Shown here in pieces: positions 31,869 to 40,166 of a DNA stretch of 40,166 bases; the stretch's first letter is position 1, and every line of letters starts with the position of its first letter. Location: contig NKIB01014852.1 of the NCBI GenBank assembly GCA_002256025.1, positions 1 to 40,166 of the forward strand. Direction: 5' to 3'. A program made the position numbers and the translations under genes. Source of the stretch: Asterionella formosa (Eukaryota). Below the pieces are notes generated by a model. It saw only the letters and a program-made list of their open reading frames with translations, was not told the DNA's origin and did no database searches.

Positions 31869-33313
31869 ATGCAGAGACAAACGAGGGCAATTGCCTTGTT
31901 GTCGGCTCTTTGCTTGATTCTTCCTTTGAGTTTGGACGCCTTCCAATCTCCAGCTATAACATTGTTGGTTCCGAGTCGCAAGCTAACCTCGCCCATTCAT
32001 TTACATGTAAATCCGTCACAGCGAAAATGTCTTCCGCTGGCAATGGGCAGCCTTCAAATGGTTAGTGCTGTTTCGAATGCTCATGTTGTAGTCTTGTTGT
32101 TAATTGACATTGATCGCTCGCAGATTCTTACAACTTCCTATTAACCCCTTGTCTCATGCAGCCACACGCTAACCTTGCAGTTTCAATTGATCAACCTTTA
32201 CTACCATCAATACCTCGATCACTTTTTATGACTTCTGTGCTGAAAATTTTGGTTTCTGACATTTTCAAAGCGGCCGTTGCTGCTTTTCTTGTGACCTTTT
32301 CCGTCTCAGTTTTGGCACGCACCCCCTCCTTTCAATTACAGGCAACCAACGTATGGAACCTTATAAAAGGCCAAGCAAATCGAATTTGGGAAATGATTCG
32401 TCCCGGTAGGGAAGGAGTTCCCATGACGTTTAACGAGGATGAAAATGAAGGCTGGGGTGTATGCACATTAAGGTCGAAGAAGAAGTTTGGTAGGACTAGT
32501 TTCATGCGGTACGATTTTGATTTGCCAAATCCAGATAATGTGCTGGCGCTGAAATTGGGACAGAAAGTGAACTTTTGTTGCTTGGATGAGAAGGGGGGTG
32601 TCGCCAAAGGAGAGTTTTATGCGTATCAGTCAGGAACTGGGAGGAACCAAAACCTCGGGTCCTTGTCCATTTTGGCTCCAGAACGAACGGTGGAGGACAC
32701 CCAATTTGCAATTGGAGCAGATTCTGCCAAATTTGTACGTAGATTAGGGGTGTGTTTTGAGATATATACCAGGTCCATATTGGAAACTTACTGTTGTGTT
32801 GTTGTTGCTGGCTTTTGTGTGTGTTTTGTTTTGTTCTAGATTCAAGTGTTGAAATATGATATGAAGATCGGGGACGAAGTCGCAGTTCGACCTGGAGCCG
32901 AAATGCTCGAATACCAAGGAAGTCACTTACCGGTGACTGTCATGGTCTACATCGCTTTTGGAGTGGGTATTGTACCCATTCTCGACCAACTCAGGGCTGT
33001 TTTGCCGCATGGGTCGTCGTCGGTTAAGGATGTGACTGTGGTCTATATTAATGACGACACTCTTGATTTTGACCAGACGGAACAGCAATTAGAAAAGGAA
33101 TATTTAAAGTACTCCACAAAGTTGTCGGTCACATGTGCTGTGGACAATTTGAGGGAGAATTCCCTGGCAGATAATGGTTCGGTGAATAGTGCTGTTCCTT
33201 CTTTTGCGCAAGGCACCATGGCGGTGCTATCAGTGCCAAAGGAAGTTGTCAGAATGGCATTGATGTACTTGAAAAAACGGGGATATCCGGAGGATTGTAT
33301 CTGTGTGCTGTAG
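31869..33313 (+). CDS. Plastid-targeted FNR/cytochrome b5 reductase-like protein with divergent motifs; exons 31869-32060, 32162-32734, 32840-33313 (412 aa)
   Basis: Two phase-0 GT-AG introns restore one frame; presequence ...LSLDA-FQSP; YDFDLP...LKLGQ, MKIGDEVAVRPG, IAFGVGIVPI, LKKRGYPED. Confidence 0.85.
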
Positions 33314-33619
33314 CTAATGTTCCCTTACTTAAGTTGGAGGAACAACATCTTGGACTTAACCACCGGCATTGCGTCATGGTTAAGTTGTGACTTCAGTTTC
33401 GTTACAATTCGTATCTTTTAGACATTCGATAAATATGATAGCTGAGCAAACAAATCTGGCTGAAATCAGGTCGTTCAATGGCTAAATCTGTCCAGATTCG
33501 ATACCTCTTGACGTACAAACCACTCCCCAGGGTTAGTCATTACTTATACATAGGTAAGTATATCCCTAGAACCTACGTTTCAATCTGTGTTCAATTGTTC
33601 TAGTTCCCCTGTTAGTTAT

Positions 33620-33985
33620 TTAAGCTTTGACGGCGAATTTAATGACAGGAAAGGAGGCTAGCTTCTTCTTCTGAGCAGGTGTCTTTTTAGACAGTTCCGA
33701 CTTGGTCAGTGCCTTGCGAATAGCACGTGTCTTCTTTGCTCTCAAATCCTTGGAAACATATTTGGATCCAGCGGCAGCCTTGCGAAGACCTTCCTTTTGT
33801 TGAGTGTTGTGCACAGTCAAAATGCGTGCAATGTTCTTGCGGACGCTCTTGATCTTGGCAACCTTGGAGGCAGCCCCTCCAGTGACCTTTGCAACCGCCA
33901 GTTCTGAAAGCTCCTTGCGTTGCTCACTCAGCTGCTTAAGGAGGTCCTCCTTGGTTTGTCCTCTCAATTCGTATGCCTTGACCAT
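33620..33985 (-). CDS. RPL35: 60S ribosomal protein L35 (uL29)
   Basis: VKAYELR...ELSELAVAKVTGGAASK...VRKNIARILTV...DLRAKKTRAIRKALT...FAVKA; probable 5'-UTR intron from GTGAGT at 34230. Confidence 0.97.
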   Translation of the reverse strand: MVKAYELRGQTKEDLLKQLSEQRKELSELAVAKVTGGAASKVAKIKSVRKNIARILTVHNTQQKEGLRKAAAGSKYVSKDLRAKKTRAIRKALTKSELSKKTPAQKKKLASFPVIKFAVKA

Positions 33986-34869
33986 GGTTTTGCTGTCTCT
34001 ATAGTCAGTCTGTTGTGTGTTAATCGGGGAATAGAAAGATTGAGTATATTTGCATCAAGCATCACCGTGACACGAGGCATAGGCCATTTGTCTGTATTGA
34101 GTGTTGCCCACTGTCAAACATCAAATTGAAGGCAATGAAAATGAAACTGGATCCTCTACAATCAGCAATTCGTGCTATAGGGAGTCACAGAAGGGAAAAT
34201 AAACTACAGCCAGCGCCATTGGTAACTCACATTCGTCGAGAGTAGTTCTATATAGAACGAAGGGGGGGTTGGTCTCGAATTGACAAACCAAAATGCCCTT
34301 ATGTATGTAGTAAGAGGTAAGTTTGATCGACTGCCTGGCCTTTGCATCCGCTTGCTTCTCATCCGTTTTGCACAACTCTTGGCTGATGTCTCGAGAATTT
34401 TAGTTTCCGATGCAAGAGTGCAGGTTTCTTATAGGGTGCATATTGTCTTTAGTATTGAACATACCAATAGTCTACCAGGGTATCTGGTATGTATTATGTT
34501 TGACAAGAATATTTCCGGTATGTAGGTAGGAGTACCAGGTTCCAGGGACCCATACAGGACGCAGAAGAATGATTTATGTACCGAATGCAAGTAGACTGGT
34601 ACCTTGTACAGTAGACTGGACCTACCACCGGTACCGGCAATCATGATGCTGTTCGTGTGTGTGGATGAATAAGCAATCAATCAGCGCCTGCTCCATGAAC
34701 AGATGCTTTGAACTTGATAGCATTGACAAGCAACCGGTAGAACAAGCAGCGGTGTTAATCACTATTATTTCTTTTCCATTGACTTCGGTTTACTTTCTCG
34801 TGGCCAGTCCCTAGGCTGCATGAGGAGTGCATCTTCTAGCATCGTACACTCGAAGGAGAGAAATCGATC

Positions 34870-36147
34870 ATGAAATCGCTGTATTCCGTGGTTTTGTTGG
34901 CACTGGTCCCGGCTACTGTTGACAGCTTCTCCGCTCATCTCTGGCGACCATGGGAACCCCCCACTCACTACAACTCGCTGCTGATCCTGGGAAAGAAGAA
35001 GAATAAACTATCGAACCACAACGATGCTGAATCACCCACCGAACAGGCGGCTTCCGCCACCGACGACGACGTCGACACTTCCAAAGGCGATCCCCAGCAG
35101 GACTCGAGCGCCGCCGACGACGATGGATATGAAAGCATGAGTCTCCAAGACGACCACGTTGTCCTTGAATCTCCTCGCGTGTTTGTCGCCGCCGCCGCTT
35201 CCCACGGAGATGCAGTGGCGGCACTCGCGCACACGCCTAACAACAATGCGCCTGTCAGACCTACGGTCCTCAGTTGTTGGCGTCCACTCTTGGCTATGAC
35301 TCGGCCATCTAATTTCCCTGGCGTTGTCATGTTCCATGTTCTCGGAACATACCTGGCCATAAAAGGAACTAAGGAGTCATTGACACAGCTATTGTCTACT
35401 CCCACCATGTGCGTCGTTATGCTCACGCTCGTGCTCACCTCGGCCACCTCCATGGTGGTCAATGATTATTATGATACCAAACTTGGTGTCGATTCCCTTA
35501 GACGAACGAGGCCTTTGGTGTCAGGAAGTGTACCCATGGCCGTCGCAAAACGATTTCTCTATTACCTATATGCAGCACTTTTGTTAAGTCTGGCTCTCGT
35601 TCCAGGTGTTCCCGCTAGACTATCCGTTGTGATTGGTCTCATGCTCACTTTTTGGTACACAAAACACTTGAAACCTATCACTTGGCTCAAGAATGTCGTT
35701 TGTGCATCCCTGATTGCGTTGTCTCCCTTAACATCAGGGTCAGCAGCATTGGCTGGGATCCATCAATCCACTTGGCACGTTGTTACTGTAATGCCATTAT
35801 GGCGATTGACTGGCATGCTCTTATGTGGCTTTCTCGGTCGTGAAATCATGATGGATATCACAGATGTTGTGGATGATCGTTTACACAGAGTGCGAACGGT
35901 GCCAGTCAAGTATGGCCGCAAATTTGCATCTCTCGTTGCTTTGTTGGCCACTGGACTTTCGGTACTCTTGGCGTTGTTGGGCAAGGAGTCACCACGACAG
36001 TGGGCATTCGCAGGTCTGGGAAGTGTGTGGTTGTTGACTAGAGCATGGCAAGTGTGGCGTGTAAATGGCGAAGATCAAAATGTCGTGGATCGGGCTATTG
36101 AAGATGGAAAGAAGAGTGTTTTGCTTCTCCTTGCTAGCTTTGTATGA
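34870..36147 (+). CDS. UbiA-superfamily prenyltransferase (DGGGP-synthase-like), predicted plastid-targeted
   Basis: MTRPSN, NDYYD...D...RPLVSG, YTKHLK...KN, REIMMDITDVVDD...RTVPVKYG; multiple TM helices; presequence ...ATVDS-FS. Confidence 0.9.
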   Translation: MKSLYSVVLLALVPATVDSFSAHLWRPWEPPTHYNSLLILGKKKNKLSNHNDAESPTEQAASATDDDVDTSKGDPQQDSSAADDDGYESMSLQDDHVVLESPRVFVAAAASHGDAVAALAHTPNNNAPVRPTVLSCWRPLLAMTRPSNFPGVVMFHVLGTYLAIKGTKESLTQLLSTPTMCVVMLTLVLTSATSMVVNDYYDTKLGVDSLRRTRPLVSGSVPMAVAKRFLYYLYAALLLSLALVPGVPARLSVVIGLMLTFWYTKHLKPITWLKNVVCASLIALSPLTSGSAALAGIHQSTWHVVTVMPLWRLTGMLLCGFLGREIMMDITDVVDDRLHRVRTVPVKYGRKFASLVALLATGLSVLLALLGKESPRQWAFAGLGSVWLLTRAWQVWRVNGEDQNVVDRAIEDGKKSVLLLLASFV

Positions 36148-36759
36148 CGAGATTGATTCACTTTTGCATGATTTTCGTATCGAAACAACCTAATTTATAT
36201 TAGTATCCTAAGAGTGATAGGGTGCTTACGTGAATGAATTTGAATTATATTGTTGATGTGCATGGCTGTAGTATACAGAGTTTCAACCGTCTACCGGTAT
36301 TGCATAAAGTAGAACAGTGCTGATAAATTTTGCTCAACTAGCGAAACTACCCCAGAATCTATCAAACAACTATGGATGTGACCAGAACATTGAAAATATC
36401 CTTTGACCAAAATAATTTCTGAGCCTTGTCTCAGTTACTGCTTGAACCAAGTGGTGTAACAACCAATACATCCATACGACACACAGGTGGAGCTCAACAA
36501 GAAACAAACAAAAATGAGTTGAAAGTTGTGGTGACTACAACTACACTGGATCAATTCAATCTGGCTACTAACTATAGTGGTGTCATCATATAATATTACA
36601 TGACAAGAAAATGATATTCAGCCCTCGAAACTGGGCATGCTTCGAAATACCAAATTAATTTGTTCTAAAATTATTATATCACAAATATTCGTTGGTGATA
36701 TGATATATAATATCGACATGGCACTCCGGTGCTTGAATTGCTTTAAATTACTTATCTGC

Positions 36760-36900
36760 ATCTTCTTGTTCCTTTTTGCTCCTGATGGGAAAATGCGTTG
36801 CTCTTACTTTAATGAACCTGGTGTTCTCCACAACTCAACAATGCCCTTTTGGCCAACTACAAATGACCAAATTGAAACTGCTTACAATGCAATGGGTAAG
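36760..36900 (+). pseudogene. PIF/Harbinger (DDE_Tnp_4-like) transposase fragment
   Basis: FLFAPDGKMRCSYFNEPGVLHNSTM resembles the F-x-PDG...N-x-PG-x-x-HDS motif, with the catalytic Asp replaced by Asn. Confidence 0.5.
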
Positions 36901-36909
36901 AAGAGTGAT

Positions 36910-37415
36910 TACCGGTATATACGTACCGGGATGTGTGCTGATTAGCGATAGAGTTACTTGATGAGTCACAAACAAGTACCAGGTACCGTAAAATACGATC
37001 GAGTCTGCGTCCGCCAAGCTTTTTTACATACCGGTAAACGGTACGTTAATTATAGGTATGGAGCACAGGTACCCGTACTGAGTAGTATACCTGATACCTG
37101 GTAGTACCAGGTATCAGGTAGAAGTAAAAAGACTACCAGGTACAGTACCTGGTACTACCTGGCATTAAGAACCTCTTTTCATCATGTGCGTCGCATCAGA
37201 ATTCGTTGTCGGAGTTGGCTTTTGTTGCTTGTTGTCGCCGCGAAATGTTCTTGCTTCCTTCTTGTTGATCCTCGCTCATAAGATACCGGTACGTACTGGT
37301 ACAGGAATTCGAAAGTTTCAATTACCAGAGGAAGGTCCGGTAAAAGATTTTTTTACTTAGGAAAAGATAAAGCTAAATATCTAGATTTCCTAACATTCCA
37401 GGTACCTGTTACCGG
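36910..37415. repeat. ACC(W)GGT/GGTACC palindromic micro-repeat cluster
   Basis: GTACCAGGTACC, TACCTGGTAGTACCAGGTA, TACCAGGTACAGTACCTGGTAC upstream of the thioredoxin gene. Confidence 0.85.
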
Positions 37416-37831
37416 TTCATACGTAGGAGTGGTGTCGTTGGCGACGGAAGAAAGATACGGTAGTCAGGAGGGACACAGTGAATGACACGTATCGTTCCAA
37501 TACGTGGCGAAAGCGCGTTGGCATAGCCAGTCCCGGTCTTCCGTTTGTGCAGGTGGTATGCCGCGCTTTTCTTCGTCCAACCTGCGTTGTTCCCGAACCA
37601 TCACAACTTCCAACGCATTGATGCTTGATGATGCACTAGCAAAGAATGGAAGTATTAACATTGGTATCTGAATGATGTCGTACCGGTGCAAAGAAGTGAG
37701 CAAGAATTGTTGTGGTCAGGATGAACACTTTGTTGGCGTGGACCGCGTAAAACCAAATCATTTTCAGTCACATAACTTTCAAACAAGAAGCATCGACGAA
37801 ACAATCAACACACACCACAATTCCTGTCATA

Positions 37832-38640
37832 ATGTACCGTTCATTCTTTGCTCTATCATCATTCGGACCAGCGGCATTACTCGTCCTTTCGATTCTGGAT
37901 GTTGCCAAATCCTTCAGCTCAAATGGCATCGCTGCCGTCAGACCTCCTAGTAGAGGCCTCATTGAATCTGCATTTAGCCAAGCCTACCGAGAAATCAATA
38001 CATCAAGACAATATGCCGATGTAATTGATCGTCGACCATCGGTCGTCGAGGAATCCAAATTTGAACTACGAATGCGCAAACTGTTGGAGAATCAAAAGGA
38101 ATTAGAGGCTGCAGTTGCTACTGCCCCAGTGAAGAAAACCAGCGCAAACCCCATACAAGAAATTTTGACAATGAAAGAGTACAACTCAGTAGTTATGGAA
38201 GAGACTGAAAAGATGGTTGTTGTTCGATTTCATGCACCATGGTGCCGGGTAAGTCCTTCTCTATGGATGAATGTTGAACCTTTTTTGGTTCCTTTCGCTA
38301 ACAAGAGTAATTCTTTTACGAACAGGCATGCAAAGCTATGAAACCATCGTTCGAAAAGTTTGCGAGAGAACACGCGGATACGATCAAGTTTGTGGAATGC
38401 CCCCTTTCTGCTGTGAACACTGAAGTCCATCAAGGACTTGGAATTAAGACAATTCCATTCGCCCATGTGTACCACCCATCCGCTGGATTGGTAGAAGAAC
38501 GGAAAATGTCGAGACCTCACTATACTTCATTTGAAAAGCTTATGAAGGATTACATGAAAGGGGAATGTGTCATCAAAACTACTGAGGATGAAGAATTCGC
38601 CTTGGATCCGTACCCACACATTCCTCGTGCCGAAGAATAG
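37832..38640 (+). CDS. Plastid-targeted atypical thioredoxin, active site WCRAC; exons 37832-38248 and 38326-38640 (243 aa)
   Basis: VVVRFHAPWCR|ACKAMKP across a 77-nt GTAAGT...GCTAAC...CAG intron; LGIKTIPF cis-Pro motif; presequence ...VAKS-FS. Confidence 0.9.
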
Positions 38641-38948
38641 GGAGCTTGACAAATGTACCCCTAACTCCACAATCATGATGATTGTGATGAACAAACCAAT
38701 AGATTGCACAAAGTAATGTAACTGTAAAGAAACGACCCGTACTCAAACCACCCTGGCTTGTTCACCAACACGCACTCTTGAACACAAATTACCAAATATA
38801 GTAGCCAACGGGAAAGGCTACCTGGAGGACCGCGAAGGCTTAACTACCTTTCTTCGAACTTCTTGATTCCAGTTGTGTTGATAGATTAGAGGCCAAGGGA
38901 TGGTTCTTCACACAGAGAATGGAATAACCACAACCATGTCCGTGCTTC

Positions 38949-40166
38949 TGTAAATGAGCATAAAAGTATTGATTAAGAAAGGCAAAAGGGACAGAAAGCA
39001 CACAGTAGCAAACATCTTAAGTCTGCTGAGTATTAGGGGTTTACTATATATAGAGGAAGATCAAAACAGCTGGATATGTTCCGATCTTGAGAATTTGAGA
39101 AAAAGGAATACGTATGGTTGCATACCACGTCAATTCGGGGATTACGTATGCACTATTTACGTATGGAATTAGTATTAACCTACAGGAAGAGAGGAATGGA
39201 TTGACCATTGGAGATCATTTCCATTTTTCACAGTTTATATCATAATTTTAGTTTACGTTTTACATTTTAACCTATATTATCCGGTATTGCCACTGAGAAT
39301 ATCGTCACTGTTTAAGACGGTTTCTGGTTAACAAGGTTAGCCAGCCCATTTTCCCTCCACTAGTTTATCAGACCCATTCCGCTCACCGCGAGCAAGTGAA
39401 GAAAGAGAAGAGTCACTGCGAAGCAACGGCGTGTCTGCCCAAGTTACAGTGAATACTGACAGAGACAGGAAAGAAGTCAACTGTGTCAAGGACAAGGTTG
39501 CAGGTGTCGAGCTTAGGACAAGGAGTCGACATTGATCAGAGTAGAGAGTCCTCTGCTGGTATGGATACGCGTGTCTGCGGAAGATACTAGAAAACCAAAA
39601 GAGGCTGTAAGCCCCAACAAGGAAGAGAAACCTGTTGAGATCCCATATATAACCACTCCGTACAGAGTATAAAACGACTCTCGATAGCAACGAGACAAAA
39701 CAACAACAACTATTAAACAATGAGTACTAATCCAATTATCCCAGAGAGTTATGAAATGGCCTGGGATGACAATGATGAAGACATTGATAATGAAGCAGAA
39801 ATGGAGAATGAACTTGGAACAATGTTAACTAACATAATGGGCATTGAAGACGAATTCAAAGAAATATTACGTAGCAATGGAATCATTACTATGAAAATAT
39901 TTTTCACTTTCATAAGAAGACCAATATTGCAAATCTTATCCATGCTAGGAGAATCAAGATACAGAATATACAGAGCAAGCATTGTGAAGATACTTACTGT
40001 GAATGAAGAAATCAAAGAAGGAGGATCCTTGTACAAAGAGGATATGAATACAATTCACAATGTTATCACAAAACCCGAATACATTAGCGCATACAACACT
40101 CACAAGAAAACATTGCGCGAATCCCTAGAATTAGCTTGGAGACAACATAACCTACAAACATTGCAA
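38949..40166 (+). mobile_element. Probable 5' end of a Ty1/Copia-type LTR retrotransposon (LTR, PBS-like site, gag-like ORF), truncated by the window edge
   Basis: ...GGTTAACA (39333) followed by GGTTAGCCAGCCC, reminiscent of the copia-type half-tRNAiMet PBS; A-rich leader and ORF; LTR start (TG at 38949 or 39077) not resolvable without the 3' LTR. Confidence 0.45.
39720..40166 (+). CDS. A-rich ORF open to the window end (149 codons), possibly Gag
   Basis: MSTNPIIPESYEMAWDDNDEDIDNE...ELAWRQHNLQTLQ with no stop; absent from the ORF track because it is truncated. Confidence 0.6.
   Translation, partial: MSTNPIIPESYEMAWDDNDEDIDNEAEMENELGTMLTNIMGIEDEFKEILRSNGIITMKIFFTFIRRPILQILSMLGESRYRIYRASIVKILTVNEEIKEGGSLYKEDMNTIHNVITKPEYISAYNTHKKTLRESLELAWRQHNLQTLQ

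Noticed and set aside
33999..34230. snoRNA in the probable RPL35 5'-UTR intron
   Set aside because: No convincing C/D box pair or two-hairpin H/ACA layout seen

Overview
Eukaryotic nuclear DNA, almost certainly from a diatom or closely related ochrophyte: short (73-140 nt) GT-AG introns, bipartite signal+transit presequences with Phe at the predicted +1 position, and a signal-peptide-bearing Npl4. About 11 genes are supported: a multi-pass membrane protein, an AT-hook/PHD-type chromatin protein, a 3-exon 129-aa secreted protein seen only in part by the ORF track, an IF2-N-like plastid protein, SELMA-type Npl4, plastid-targeted TrpC-TrpF, a long ARM-repeat protein, a degenerate FNR/cytochrome b5 reductase-like protein, RPL35, a UbiA prenyltransferase and a WCRAC thioredoxin. 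Most of 0.5-4.2, 9.2-12.9 and 14.6-19.3 kb is decayed transposon sequence (mariner-like, two related pogo-like DDE copies, hAT-like termini, a MITE-like hairpin, two tRNA-headed SINE-like elements). A Harbinger fragment and a probable Copia-type LTR element lie near the right edge. The most striking unexplained patterns are (i) clusters of palindromic ACC(W)GGT/GGTACC micro-repeats 5' of essentially every gene and not seen in the convergent 3' spacers, and (ii) a ~350-nt hairpin-rich element behind a tRNA-like Pol III promoter at 12.5-12.9 kb. All family assignments come from motif recognition by eye; no database search was run.
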